Source: Callorhinchus milii (lineage: Eukaryota). Taken from it: a stretch of 64,000 bases of DNA. Positions 39,511 through 53,615 of this stretch are shown here, piece after piece; within the stretch, counting starts at the first letter, position 1; the number at the start of each line of letters is the position of its first letter. The notes beneath the pieces are model-generated. The model did no database searches, was not told the origin of the DNA, and was given only the letters and a program-made list of their open reading frames with translations. The translations under genes and the position numbers were made by a program. The stretch is from positions 79,486,001 to 79,550,000 of the forward strand of contig NW_024704742.1 of assembly GCF_018977255.1 (NCBI RefSeq), written 5' to 3'.

Positions 39511-42123
39511 ACCTCTTTAGTATGCTATATTACATGTCAGTACATTGAGAACAAACAGAGTGGCTGCTAAGTGTAAATTAAGACATAGCCAATGTATTAG
39601 GAAGAATTAACTACAGCACAAGGGACCTGGAGGCTAAAGGACTGACTCTCTTTAAATTGAGCCTTCAATTGACCAGTGGAATTCTATTACGCAGATATTC
39701 CCTGTTGCGTCCTGAAACAAAATCCAAATGCAAAACATGTAGAATGGGGACATGTTATAATTGTAGCTCCAACTTGCTATTTAAAATCAAAAATCAAGCC
39801 ACAGGGAAATCTAAAATTAAATCCAGAATTTGTGAGAGCAAATCTTACATTCTAAAGTGTCGTCCTTCCAATTATCTTTCTCTAAACATGCACTTATTCA
39901 AAATCATCTGATTAATATGGAGTTTAAGCTCCAAAGCCACTGAAGTTTCTTTGAAGTCTTTTGCTAATTAAAATAATCTTTTTTCAAATAAAGGCTTAAG
40001 AATAAAATTGAAAGAAAAGTAAAAAAAAACAAAGCCTCTCAATGGGGCTTTTGTTTGCTCGGAAATCTCTGCTGCTGAAAGTCAGTGCTTTGTTTTGGGT
40101 TGTGCATCTTGCAGTCTTGCTGTGGAAGAACTGAAAGATGACTAATAACACTGATGTCAAATTTGACCTGTGCAATGCCTCTGTGTTAGAAACCTGGAAA
40201 ATCTTGGATGCTCTTCAAAAAAGATTCAACCATTAGTGTGAGGGTTATGACAAGGATTACTTCAGAAGCTGATGAGTTGAGTTAGATGTCAACAGGCAAG
40301 AAAAATGTGTGCTCATGAGAAAATTGAATGGCTTGTTTGATTAATTAATGTTTTTGTTGAAAGCTTTTTGTTTTGTATGAAGTCACAGTTAAATAGATGC
40401 AGCTTGTTGTAAGGTTAGGGGTGTGCAGTTCAGTCTATTAGAAGCTCCTTGGAGAAAAACCTCTGACTTTGAGTTGGTGTTTTTGTTTGTAAATCCCTAA
40501 CCTATTGTTTCTGAAGCTAATTTCAAATGCTTGTTTGGTAGCCACCATTATATTGTAGCCTCCATTAGGTTAAGCACTCCGAGACGCTGCCCCGCCTGAA
40601 GGGCGCTGTTTAAATGCAAGTTGTTATTCTACTCAATAGTGATGCTACAGTCAGGCCTTTTCCAGGCCAGCTTACTCTGCGTAAATCTTGTGCTGCTGCA
40701 ATGGCAAATTTGAAAATCTGTTTTTTCTTTAAGTAGCTTCATGATTGGTGTTCAATACTTAAGAAGATGGAAACATAAATTTAAAATCTATATTCAGAGT
40801 TACTAAGAGATCTAACAGAAAAGTCCATTTGGCCCAACAAGTCTGTGCTGGTGTTTATACTCCACATGAGTCCCCAGCCCTCCCACTCCCCTCTATTTCC
40901 TTCCCTTAGGCACACTTCATGTTAAGGACAATGTTAGCAATTTCAGAACACATCAGAATGGGAAATATTTCTTTATCCACAATTCATATTTGCCTGGAAT
41001 AGGTTGACATGATGGATGTTTGAGGGAAAGCAGTGAACTCAATTGAGAAAGAGTGTGATGCTGCAATAGGACAATAATAGACTGGGTATTCTGTGGGTAT
41101 TCTGGAAACATGAATCGCATAGTCTTCTAGCGCTCTGTGACACCACTCCGCGTGAAGGGCTCTATATAATTGCAAATTGTTATTGTTGTTCCTCTTTAAA
41201 ACCGTTATCTTGTGAAAATATTATCTTGTTTCTGCTCCCCCCAAATAATTTTCTGGAAATTCATTCCATGCCTTTGCTGATGTGGGCGGATTTTTCTTAA
41301 AACATTTAGAAACTTAGGTGAAGGGACAAGAGGCTGAAGGTTGAAGAGTCAGGAGAGGATGAAATAAATCAAGAAGTCATGGTGTAGTAACATAAAACTT
41401 GAGTTTTAAAATCCTGTGTAGTGCAGGTGGAGGTGAAGATAGAGCGAGGTGAGAAGTTTAACGCTTGTGAGATTCTGGGAAATAAACAGAGAGTGGGGGA
41501 TGAGTTTTGATTACAACACTGTGAAGACACAGGAAGGTGAGAGACCGTAACAGATTGGTGTATTCGGAAACCGGGAGGAGCAACTGAAGCTTATTATATT
41601 GAAGAAATCGGGAAATAGTAGTAGTTATATGCAATTGTCTACAATTTGCTGCCACTCCCTCTCGCTTCAGAATTGAAGAGCGGAAATGAGCAGTCTGGAA
41701 AAGTGCTTGACTTTGATTGAGTTCTAATTTTTCAGCAGCTCCTATTCCCAGAGAATAAGCAAGTGGCTGCAATTCACCCTCAAGGTATTTACATATGTAG
41801 TGCTGTACGTACTGATTGTAAAGTAAATCCGTGCAAGTGTTCTCGAACATGAATTTCAAAAACACTGGAGCCTAAGTACTCACTCATATATTCTAAATTT
41901 ATGTCTGGCTCTTAAGTGTGGCACAGTGTGGAGTCATGTTGTGAGTTAGTGATGGGCAGATCCTAGAGGTAACTCCAGTCTTTGCACAGTGAGCTCCTGT
42001 TGGCAGAGTGCTGACAGAGAGGCAAATGGAGTCGGCATGCAATGAGACCACTTGTGATGAATATTGCCTGCCTGGTTCCTTTGATAATGGATACGTCGAT
42101 TTAACCACTTCTACTGATGATAA

Positions 42124-42437
42124 TACTAATAATAATCCTTGCATTTGATATAGTGCTTTTCACGTCTTCTGGACATCTCAAAGCGCTTCACAGAATATGC
42201 TGTAAAGTGAATTGACCGTATATTTGTGGGCGAAAACGCGGCAGCTAATTGTGCACAGCAGTGTCGCACAAACAGTCGGAGATTGAAAATGACCAACTTA
42301 TTATTGTTTTGTTTTGGCGGGATTATTATTAGGCGTGTGAAGTAAGGAAACTTGCCCAAGGTTTCACCCTGCCTGGAATTGAACCCAGGTGTCTCACTTG
42401 CAAAGCGAGTGCTCTAACTACTGAGCCACAGGACTCC
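42124..42437 (-). mobile_element. Young SINE (short form)
   Basis: Complete copy; GATGA occurs on both flanks. Confidence 0.95.
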
Positions 42438-42674
42438 GATGACATTCAGTTAGTTTAAAACTCACGACACATAGGGAAAGAAAAATGTTTGATCTCATCA
42501 GAGCCATGAAAACCAGTCTTTTACCCTATTGGTTTCTTTCTTCCAGAGATGAATTCATCGTGTAAGAGTGATATTCATTTCACACAGGCTAAGCAACAGA
42601 TTGGTGTGAACCCTCTCTGTTAATCATCCTTGGATAAAAGAAAGAAACCAATCTTGAGGCTCAGCAACCGGAGT

Positions 42675-42940
42675 GTTCCTTTTTCTTTTATTTGGGGGAT
42701 TGTTGGCCAGGACACTGTGTGCCTCTTTTCTCTTGGCAAATAGTGGGATATTTAACATTCATATGAACAGGCAGATGTCACCTTGGTTTAATGTCTCATC
42801 CGAAGGCACCTCCGACAATGCAGCACACCTCCAGGATTGGGGTTTCAGCTTAGACAATGTGATTCCACGTCCCAATGTGGGTCTTGAACCCACAACCTTC
42901 TAATTCAAAGGTGAGAGTACTACCACTGAGCCAGGCTGAC
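42675..42940 (-). mobile_element. Old DeuSINE 5' half
   Basis: cttggtttaatgtctcatccgaaggcacctccgacaatgcagc..ttgaacccacaaccttct..accactgagcca. Confidence 0.75.
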
Positions 42941-43638
42941 ACACACAAAAAAGGTAAAAATTAATTAGGGAAAAGAGAGTTGAAGAAATGAAATATGATA
43001 TGCCTGGGATCTTTCACTGGCCATCAATATACCTTAGTTTTATAGTTTTCCTTATGGTTTGACAAATTTAGCTTTTGTCAAACCGACCTCCATTCCTCTG
43101 TCAGAACCTAGCACCATCCGCACCACGGTTTCTGAAACAACTTGAGTGACTCAAAGTCCTTGTCTTTAAACCCTTCATGCCAAAGATAGCACATCTGAGA
43201 GCTTTTAGATGTAGAGGTTGCTTGAGACATCAAAAACACTTCATGCATTACCTCAATTAACATAGAAGATTGGTTAATTCACTTTGTAGCCATGATCAAT
43301 AAATCTCCAATGCATCATCAATGGCTAACAGGCTACCATTTAACAAACGCCGATCAGAAAAATATATGTTTTTGTATTACTGTGAGACACAAAAGTTGGC
43401 ACAAACAAGTTGAAGATAATTGCTCAGAAACATACAGGTTTATACATCAACAAACCAATTCAGAACAGAGCCTCAATTTGAGCTTTACAGTTTTGGAATC
43501 TCCTGACTTAAACACAGAAGAAATGAATAAAAATAAGAATTGCTTGCATGTGACAAGTTTCTGGCATTATTACCTTTGTTGCCTTTCATTTAAGGGCAGG
43601 CCGATTGTACGTGTTTAGTGTGCCCTGAATAACAGTTA

Positions 43639-44007
43639 AAATAATAATAATAATCCTTGTATTTGTTACAGCACCTTATCACGTCATTGAGACGTCTCGA
43701 AGCACTTCACAGAATCTTCTGTAAAGTGAATTCACTGTATATTTTGTGGTTGAAACGCAACAGCCAATTGGCACAGCAGTGTCCCACAGACATTTATGGA
43801 TTGAGTAACCACATTTTTTTGAAAGGGATTATTTACCCACGGTTAGCAACCCGCCAATCGACTAACAACCGCGTTCCTATTTACTGCTAGGTAAACAGGG
43901 CTGTGTGGAGCAAGGAAACTTGCCCAACATTTCGCTCTGCCGGGAATAGAACCCAGATTTTCTCGCTTGCGAGGTGAGTGCTGTAACTGATACGCCACAG
44001 GACACCA
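43639..44007 (-). mobile_element. SINE (long form)
   Basis: Tail, core and head are all recognisable. Confidence 0.88.
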
Positions 44008-45352
44008 CAATTATAATTATCCAATATTGGAGGATGTGTGTCAGCTTAGTCGGTAGCCTCTCAACATTGTTGTGTGTAATTGGCTGTCACTTTCACCCAC
44101 AAAAACACACAGTCACTGCATGTTACAGTATATCCTGCGAAGTGCTCTGAGATGTCCTCCGAATATGAAAATGCTTTACCAAATGTAAAGATTATGATTA
44201 TAATGTAGAGGTGCAGATATGCCGTGAATAATAAAAGTCCTTGGGGCTGAAAGTATTGTTATCTGAAGGGAAGGAGTTGGGTTAGAATGATGGAGGTGAA
44301 TGCACATTCTAGAGATTTTGCTTGATTGCCTTTGAGGATGAAGCCGTGCGTTCCCCCAGGATATTTTCTGTCACATGTCAGCAATTTTTGTTATGCTTCT
44401 TGTGTGTTGAAGTTAAGAAAATGCCAATCCTGTAAGACTCAAATGGAAGCATTGCCTGTGGAAGGAATTGGCTCAATGGTCTTTTTCTCATTTCACACTT
44501 TCTTATATTCTTATACTGTCAACCCTGGATTATGCCTCAGGGGTTTCAAATTGCATCACACAAGCATGGTGCTCAGAAGTTTATTCGACGCTCTGGAGCC
44601 CGAGATGAAACTACAACCTTGATATGATTCCCTGCTATGTAACGTTTTGAAAATATACGTATCCTGCAAATTGGGAAGAGTTCACAGCCAATTGAATTTA
44701 GCACTTTTCATGCATTTAAATTCTCTGTGAAATCAAATTGATGGTGAATTTCATCTTTGGCCAGTGACTTATTTTAATTAATCGGCTTCAGCATGTGAGC
44801 TTGTGAGATTAGATTTCTCTGACAGGGTTTGCAATGACAGGATAAAGTTGCTGTCTTCCCAATTCGGAATAAATGGAATGCAGAGTGCTTGTGTGTCACC
44901 CTGGTGCATCAACACATCATGCCAAGCGGGGGGAGACAAGGCTTCACATCCAGAATTTACTACATGTCACTTATGTTGAATGTTGCCTGAAGTGTTTGGC
45001 TGATGCCTTTGATAACAAGTATGTTTGTTAGTCTACTCTAAATTTTCTACTGATGATGGCTGTTAGTAGCACTTAAATCAATGCCTCACATTGGTTCCTT
45101 TCCGTTGGCTTTCCCTTTCCTGTGACAACATGGATATGTCTGGGAACTCGAAGGTACTATGCTTTATTATAATTTTAAAGCACAGTATCCCTCAAGTTTT
45201 TTATCATTAGTATTAATAATAATCCTTATATTTGATACAGCACCTTCCACATTAGGACATCTCAATGTACTTCAACAAAAAATGTAGTGCCTGCAAAAGA
45301 TTGAGTGCTCTATGCATTGAATAGTGAGCTCAGTGTTATTATCCCTGAACAG

Positions 45353-45941
45353 TAAATAATAATAATAATAATCCTTGCATTTGATGTGGGGCCTTATCAT
45401 GTCTTCGAGATGTCTCAAAGCGCTTCACAGAATATACTGTAAAGTATAATTGACTGTATATTTTGTGGGTGAAACGTGCTAGCCAGTGTCCCACAAGTAG
45501 TCATGGATTGAGGTTTCCAATTTTTTTTTTTTTTTGAAGGAATTATTACCCCTGGAAAAGTGATTCGCCAACCAGTTTCCTACTTACTGCTAGGTAAACA
45601 GAGGCGTGTGGAGTAAGGAAACGTGTCCAAAGTTTCACTCTGCTCGGGAATTGAACTCAGGTCCTCGTACTTGTGAGGCGAGTGCTCTAACCACTGAGGG
45701 ATGGAGTTCCTTTTGGAAATCCATCCCACAATACCCTTGCCTTGCTCCATCTCTTGCCTCCAAGGCACATCTCAAGAACCTCCTCATCGACTGCGCCTTT
45801 GGCCACCCTCCTACCTCTACCCTCGCTGCCCTCCTCATGAACCCAACACCCGCTCAGGTGCAAATCCCTGACTGTCCAGCAACTTGGAACATCTACTCGA
45901 CGCTATACAAATGTAACTTGTTGTTGTTGTTACAGGACTCC
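45353..45941 (-). mobile_element. SINE (long form) whose head is split by a + strand L2 3' fragment (45698-45930)
   Basis: The SINE reads ...ctctaaccactgag[insert]tacaggactcc; the insert has L2 C-terminal sequence and (GTT)n. Confidence 0.85.
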
Positions 45942-45976
45942 TTTAGTTCCCAGGTGGGTTCTCCCTGGAAGAGACA

Positions 45977-46190
45977 AATAATAATAAATAATAATAATAA
46001 TCCTTGCATTTGATATAGCGCTTTTCACGTCGGAAGGACATCCCAAAGCGCTTCACAGAACACACTGTAAAGTGAATTGACTGTAAATTTGTGGGTGAAC
46101 ACGGCAGCCAATTGCACACAGCAATGTCCCACAAACAGTCGTAGATTGAAAATGACCAATTTTATTATTGTTTTTGGTTTTGGAGGGATT
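45977..46190 (-). mobile_element. Young SINE, 5'-truncated
   Basis: Near-consensus tail and core. Confidence 0.92.
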
Positions 46191-47000
46191 TGGAGAAATA
46201 GCAAACCATGCACAATGTTAATAATAGTAATAATCATCCAAAGCTACAGCTGGCTAACTAATATAGATCTGAAAGCCAAAATAGAAGCTCTCATAAAATC
46301 AGCACACAATCAAACTATTACTTCCTGCTTTTATGAAAATAAGATTTTGAAGAAAAGCATTCATCCAAAATGCTGAATGTGTGATCAAACACCAGAAACT
46401 ATAGACCACATATTGGCATTATGGCCAGCCCTAGCACAATCAGAGTATCATATTAGACATAATAACATAGCTAAATATATTCATTGGGCACTCATTTTGT
46501 AAACACCTTGATATTGATGTGGAGGTACTTGTATGAATATCAATCAGTAAAAGTGACATCAAAACGTAACATAATATTAATCTTTAGTACATACAGATAA
46601 AACAGCAATCTGTAATAAACCAGATATAATCATAAAAAACTAGGTTGTACATGCAGTATTTTTGGTCTTTCTAAGTGACTACAATGTATGAAATAAGGAT
46701 CCAGAGATCAGGAATCAGGAATTATTTTGACCTACAAATTGAATTCAGATGCACGTGACAGTACAAGACAAGCATAGTTTCTACAATCATTGGTGCAACT
46801 GGGACTGTTAATAAGACATTCAGAAATGTCTTGACAGATATCTGTGCACAAAATGTCCACCACCTGCAGAAAGTAGTTACTTGGAGAAGTTCAAATACAC
46901 AAAGAAAAGAAACATTCATTCAAGTGTAATGTGGTGGTGTTATTGGTCTGCTTGACCCATCACTTTAAAACTACTTCTATGGATTAATCTAACTGCNAAA
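46191..47000 (+). mobile_element. R4/Dong-clade non-LTR retrotransposon relic (zinc knuckle plus restriction-like endonuclease)
   Basis: SYSWL..LKAKIEALIKSAHNQ..KC*MCDQTPETIDHIL..PALAQSEYHIRHNNIAKYIHW..TDKTAICNKPDII..YFDL..IIGATG. Confidence 0.85.
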
Positions 47001-48510
47001 AACATACGACTACTACTAATAATAGTATAATAATAGTAAAATCCTTACATTTGGTATACGTTGGGAGGAAGTCCCAAAGAGGTTTTGTGGGTGCTATGTT
47101 GCTGCTCATTTCAAATGGCAAGGTAAAGCTGTGCCCTATCAGTAACCCAGGAGCAGAGCACCTGCCACTCTGCTCAGTCTGCATTGAGAAAAGAAATGCA
47201 GAAAGCCCTCATTTTAAGAAATGTTTGAACATTTATTAAAAAGAGAGAGAATATGTTCTCTAGTCCATCGCATTTTTTAGCTGAGGTGCCCTTTTTTGAG
47301 ACAGTTATGGTCTTCTGCTCAGCAGAAATATGAGGATACAATGCAACACTGACAGAGAGGATTAAAGGTGCAGGAACTAGAGAGAAATAAGCTATAGCTG
47401 ATTGTTCTAACTTCTAATCTAAGTCGATTGTAAGTTGTGATAATGTCATGCCATCAGTGTGTAAACATACTGCTGAAAATATAATGGCCAACATAATATA
47501 CATTTACGCTTTCTTCCCACCTTTTTAATTTTAAAGCCTGTATCAGCCAAGGCAATCCATTCGGATCTTTTCTCTGCAATGCTGTGTGAAGTGACACATG
47601 CTGTTCTGTACCTTGTATGATTAATTACAATGTCAATCATCTCTTGTCATGCTGACTGCCATCAGCCTCCTCTGTGATTAGTTTCACTGTCGTTTTCACT
47701 CTTTGTCAACTCACAGTCCTTCATCTGAAAAATCAAAATCTCTGCTCCACAGAATCAACTGTCCCTCCTCCACACACACTGGCCTTCTCCAAACCACAAA
47801 CTGTTCCATATCCACATCACACAACACTACTACTTCTTAAGTATCGCAAGAGAGGTAACTAGGAACACTCAAATAGCCAAATCCAGATTAGTGAGCCAGT
47901 GCATAACATTGGAATGTGGTCCATAGTTTGCGCCTGGTATCTGCAGTCACATTGGGTGTTGTCTCTCACCTTCCAGAAATACAAGAAATGATCGCATCTG
48001 CCATGCAACGTTCTGAAATGGTTCAATCCTCACCAGTGTTTACAGGGTAGGTTGAAGCCAGAGTTCTTTTGTGTGATCAGGTGTTTGTTTGGGACAATAA
48101 CATTAGACTAGTACTCTATCCAGCGTATCTCAGGTTTGAATGAGGACCTTTTAAGAGCATTAGCCCAATCCCAAAAAGGCTTTCAAGATTTCAGGCATTT
48201 CTTTGGAAGGTTCCAGAAATCCTCAAGAATTGGCAAGTTCAGGTTTGCCAAGGTTTCATTGTACTCATGAGCTATATGTGTGTCTCTCTGAATTTTAGGT
48301 GCCGATATATATGCTAGAGAGGGCAACCATTGAACTGGTATTGATCTTAACGTTCTAGTTATGATTCTCATCACAACATTAAGATGCGCGGCCAGAGATT
48401 TGGTGTGTGAGCTGCCTGCCTAGACTGGTGCACAATATTCAAATGTACCAGTGCTAGTTACTGTTTGACTCAAACCACACACTGACCTGTACCTCAACCA
48501 CACACTGACA

Positions 48511-48693
48511 TAATAATAATCCTTGCATTTGATATAGCTCCTTATCATGTCCTCAAGACGTCTCAAAGCGCTTCACAGAATATACTGTAAAGTGAATTGA
48601 CTTATGTCTTGTGGGCGAAACGGGTCAGCCAATTGCGCACAGCAGTGTCCCACAAACAATCATGGATTGAAGTGACCAATTTATTATTTTTTT
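48511..48693 (-). mobile_element. SINE 3' half
   Basis: Tail and core. Confidence 0.9.
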
Positions 48694-49644
48694 TGTACCT
48701 TCACTGCATACTGCCCTGTATCCACACCTAATCTCCTTTACAGTATGAACTGGATATTCTATCAAAAGTGTCGCTTCTTCTCAGCCCTTCATGTTTATTT
48801 ATGATTCATTTGAATACAGATTTACAACAATTATCTTTGCATTAATTGAACTAGAATCTTGAGGCTTAATTAGAAACCAGCACCAACATTTGAGGTGGTT
48901 TGCTATTCAAATTCAGGCTTCATGTTTTGCTGTTTATTTGCTTACTGTTCTAATGGTTAACACACATGAATAAATGATAACAATAATAATCCTTACATTT
49001 GTCTTTCACATCAGGAGGTTGTCTCAAAGCACTTCACAGGATTTACTGTATGGGAAAGTGACTTTTTATTTTGGAGGCAAACACATCAGCCACGTTGCAC
49101 ACAGCAATGCAAATTCTCAGAAAATTCGCACTCAACACACTCAAGTTTGCCCACAAAATACACAGTCATTACAACTTACAGTATATCCTGTGAAACGCTT
49201 TGAGAAGTCCTCCTGATGTGAAAGGCACTATACCAAATGTAAACATTATTATAATTATAAATTGCAGGCAAGGTCTGATGAAGTTTGGAATACCTTCTCC
49301 AAAAGTAAATAAAAGAGAGGATGAAACACCAGATGTTGTTCCATTATAATATCATTCAGCGTGCAATCTGATGGAGAGGGGAGCAATAAGAATCAGCAGA
49401 ACCGACTCCAAGGTCATTATTCTAAGGTAGTGTAAATTGATGCTGAGCCTTTCACAGTCTATTTACTGGTTATGCACGTAACAGATTTAGGAATAAATTT
49501 CCTCAAATTCAATAATGACAAACAATAATGCCCCACAAGTCCTGGATACTTGAATCAATTTTAATTGAAGGGTGCCTGCGACTGTTCAGAGGAATAAGGG
49601 CAGCTTTGATGATGTGTTCTTAAAGCACAATGGGATAATAATGT

Positions 49645-49946
49645 ATAATAATAATCCTTGCATTTGATATAGCGTTTTTCACATCTTCTAGACATCTCAA
49701 AGCGCTTCACAGAATATATTGTCAAGTGAATTGACTGTATATTTTTGGGGCGAAATGCAGCAGCCAATTGCACACAATGTCCCACAAAGAGTCGTGGAAT
49801 GAGTGACCAAATTATTATTGTTTTTTTCTTGAGGGATTATTATCAGGTGTGTGGAATAAGGAAACTTGCCCAAGGTTTCGCCCTATCAGGAATCGAACCC
49901 AGGTCTCTTGCTTGCAAGGCCAGTGCTCTAACCACTGAGCTAGAGG
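49645..49946 (-). mobile_element. Young SINE (short form)
   Basis: Near-complete copy. Confidence 0.92.
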
Positions 49947-50476
49947 ATGATTTCTAAATAATAAACATATCTCTTGCGTGTGAACACATCCCTTGTGTAT
50001 GGCATAAATTGAGTTGTAACTCTTCAGTGCATCATGCTAGAAATATCAATTCTCCTTTTAAAGGAACGATCCAGGGTTAATCGCTTTGATTTATGCAAAT
50101 TAGTCTTTTATTATTGCTCTCCTCGTTTTGAAATAAAATGGGTTGAAAAATGCAACACATGATGTTGTAAGCTTAACTGGTGATATAATATTATTAATCA
50201 TAATAAAGGTAGAACAGTAATCGGTAATAAATCAAATATCAACACACAAAAAAAAGATTTTACGTGCAGTATCACTGATCTGGCCATTCCAGATGACTAC
50301 AACATACAAGAGTGACATCCACTGAAGTGTAACATAGTAGCACAATTGGTCTGACTGACATAGTAAGTTCGGTGAGTTCCTTTGCGGGGAAGGTACCAGA
50401 ACTTTAATTTTTTGTTGACAGTTACAACACACTGAACATCATATAGAACCTTTACGGAGTGATATAAACTGCAATT

Positions 50477-50915
50477 TAATAATAATAATCCTTACGTTTA
50501 TGTAGCACCTCTTATGTAGCACAGGGAGGACATCCCAAAAAGCTTTACAGGATGAATTGTGAAGTTTAGTGACTCTGTATGTTTTGTGGGCAAATGCAGC
50601 GGCAATTTGTGTATGGCAATGTTCTTCAAACAGCCAAGAAGTGAATGACCAATTTTATCTGGGGACTTGTTGGCCAGGGCACCTGAAGAAACTCATTTCT
50701 CTTTTCGAATAGTGCCTTGGGATCTTTAACATCCAACAGAACATGCAAACAGGCCTTGGTTTAACATCTGAAGGCCAGCACCTCCAAAAATGCAGCGCAC
50801 CTCCCAATACTGCATTGGAGTGTCAGCTTAAGCTATGAGTTCAAAGTCCAGACATTAGGTTTGAACCCATCTTGCAACTCTAGCTGAGAGTCCTACAACC
50901 TAAACTAGGCGAACA
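50477..50915 (-). mobile_element. Old DeuSINE, near full length
   Basis: Tail, Deu-type core, ttcgaatagtgccttgggatctttaacatcc and a decayed head. Confidence 0.75.
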
Positions 50916-51899
50916 CGCAGAAAATGTGGGCCCTGTCATTGTTTCAGTTAACATTTATCAACAGTCAACCTTCCTTCCTCCACCTAACAGTCCAAATATT
51001 CTAACGATGGTTGAGCTATTCTGGCCATTAATGCTATTTTATTTTTTAAAAATCTATTAAAGCATACACAGGATTTATTTCTAAAAGTAAAACATTTAGA
51101 CTATTTGCTTTAAATGAAAGCAGTCTGTTTAATCATTTTGAGTTCTCTTTCATCTATTGTACACATCTGAACTCAAGATGTTTGTGTCAGTGATTTACAA
51201 CTCAGATTCACTCCCATCACTGATTGCCTACTCTTTTTAACCTAGGTGGTTTTGTGCATTATGAATCTTTATCTCTATTGGCATTTCAATGATATGATTT
51301 ATACCAAATGCAAAGGTTATTACTATTTATGTGATCAGGTTGAACAGATGTTAAACTTTTAGGGATTTTCAGTATTGTGGTTTTGCATGGTTGATTAGCA
51401 TAAGGATAACACTTGTGGGAACTGGCAGCCATTTTCACAAGTGTTATTCTTATCCACTGCAATCATGTAATGTGCACTTATGCTCATCAGCCCTTGCTGA
51501 ATATCAGCCTGAGGGTTTAAGCATTACCCCAAACCAATTATGCTGTGCACTTTCTTTTTACGCGACCATCTTCCTTACGTGATTACTAAACGTTCTCCAA
51601 AGTCTATCTTACAATGATGATTAGCAATGTACTGACTAAACATATATGCTAACTATTTACAATACAAGATAAAAGATAACGAAACCAACATTGCTGACAG
51701 CTTAATCAGGGAGTCTAATTTGCGACAATTCTTAACAGATTATCAAATTGATGATAAATTATATTATTAATAAGCATAGTTATCAAATTTACATAATACA
51801 ATACATATTGCTAAAAAATGTATGTAATTGATCTTTATGAAATTCAACAGTTATACTTTTTTGGGGGCGGTTGCAGTTGCAGTATCACCATATTTAAGT

Positions 51900-52430
51900 G
51901 TATCCAAACCAAACTGAGAGTTCTATGCATCCCATCTATACATGGAAATTCCCATGATATTTATTGGAATGGAATGTGCATCCTAATTATCTAATCTGAA
52001 AAATATTAGGCACAGGTTGGCAAGAACCAAGTTATGGGCACCCCAGAATGTGCGTTGGGGTGCCGCTGGAATCTATCCAACTGAAACCCATATAGCTTGC
52101 CATTAAAAGTACTGCCTGGTAAGTTTTCCCACTGCTTGTTCAGCCAAGACAACCTTTAGGGCTCTAATTGGAGGGTTAACAGGAGATGAGTGGAGAGAGT
52201 CCCTGCCCCAGTGACTGGTCTGCCCTTCCAAGTCCTGCCAATGATCCAGTCTGGCTGTGCTGTCATCTTCACTGCCATGGAATACTGCAGACCCGCCTGG
52301 CTCAGGAACTGGAGTACTGAAATCACCGCAGAGGGTGGGCTGGATTCTAACATTTCTTTGCCAACTATGTCATCTGGAAGCCAGTTCAGCTGCAAGGAGA
52401 TGCCACTTACCTCCTTCAAATTTCATCTGA
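51900..52430. repeat. Unclassified dispersed repeat (homologue of 34545-35000)
   Basis: Collinear similarity blocks seen by eye. Confidence 0.6.
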
Positions 52431-52499
52431 ATAGATCTGTTAAGAAACACTGCAAATTAGACCCTAAGATTGCTGTTTAAAAGTACTGTGTTTTTCTCT

Positions 52500-53010
52500 T
52501 TACAGTTTGGATATAGCAGCGATGGAAAGAGTGCAGTTTTGGGTTTGTGAGGATGATACCAGGGCTGGCAAGTCATTGCTACCAGGATACACTGGATAGT
52601 TGGACCTTTTTTCACGAGAGAAGAGACATTTAAGAGTGGACCTAATAGAAGTGTTTAAAATTATAAAGAGGTTTGATAAGGTTAACATAAATACACTGTT
52701 TCTACTAGTTGGCGAGTCCATAGCTAGGGGCATTAAGAGAGCAACAAGGGGATTAAAAAGAGAATTTAGGAGGAACTGCTTCAGGTCGTGAGATTGTGGC
52801 ACTCATTGCCTGAAGCACTGGTTGAATCTGATAACATAGATGCATTCAAAAGGAAGCTAGACTTTCACATGAGGGGGAGGGGAACAGAGGGTATGAGGGG
52901 GAGTAAGGAGTGGTTGGAGACTCATGTGGAGTATAAATACCGGCACAGACTGGTTGGGTCAAGTGTTCTGTTTCCATGTTGTACGTTGTTTGTAAATCTT
53001 TGTATGTATT
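52500..53010 (+). mobile_element. Old CR1 3' fragment
   Basis: LFSREKRHLRVDLIEVFKIIK..LWHSLP..FKRKLD. Confidence 0.85.
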
Positions 53011-53061
53011 CAGTCTTTCTCTTCACAGTCTGCAAGAGCTTTGAGTAGAGTAGTCCCAGTA

Positions 53062-53615
53062 CAGTCCTACCCACTTATCTTGAACCTGGTTATATCGATA
53101 AAAAATGTAAGTCCCGGTCGCTTCTCTGCAGAGCAACCCACTAAACTTACTGTGTGTTGATGTCAACATAAACTTTGGCATGCTCATGTTGACAATTTTT
53201 TCAAGTCCCTAAAAGTACGATGTGCATTGTGTGATTACCACTAATGCCGACAGACCCTACTTACGTGTCACATGATGTTAGTCTAGTTAACCTGTACCCA
53301 ATGGATGGTTGGTTGAAATCTGCCGAACACATATAGGCCGAGTACAAAACAGGCGTCAAAGATAAAGAAAAAACATGAAAATATGAAGATGTTGAGGTTG
53401 CATTAGCTTTTTAAATAAATTAATTAAAATACAGTTAAATAGAGTAAATGGTACAGAAATTGTAATTATAGTAAATATTTGCAAATAAATGGTTCAGCAA
53501 TTCTAATTATATACAATATATCTAATTGTTGTATATGAAATACAATACTGTATGTAAATAAATGCTTCAGGAATTTATAACCACAATGCATGTATCAACA
53601 TAATGGGCAGGACTG
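53062..53615 (+). mobile_element. pogo/Tigger-type DNA transposon deletion derivative
   Basis: TA|CAGTCCTACCCACTTATCTTGA ... TCAACATAATGGGCAGGACTG|TA gives imperfect TIRs with a TA duplication. Internal RRQR*RK..KYEDVEVALA resembles the CENP-B-type HTH start. Confidence 0.75.

Noticed and set aside
41458..41865. 135-aa minus-strand ORF
   Set aside because: No recognisable domain or supporting splice context; consistent with chance.
47459..47475. tgtaaacat, resembling the miR-30 5' end
   Set aside because: The rest of the mature sequence and the hairpin are absent.
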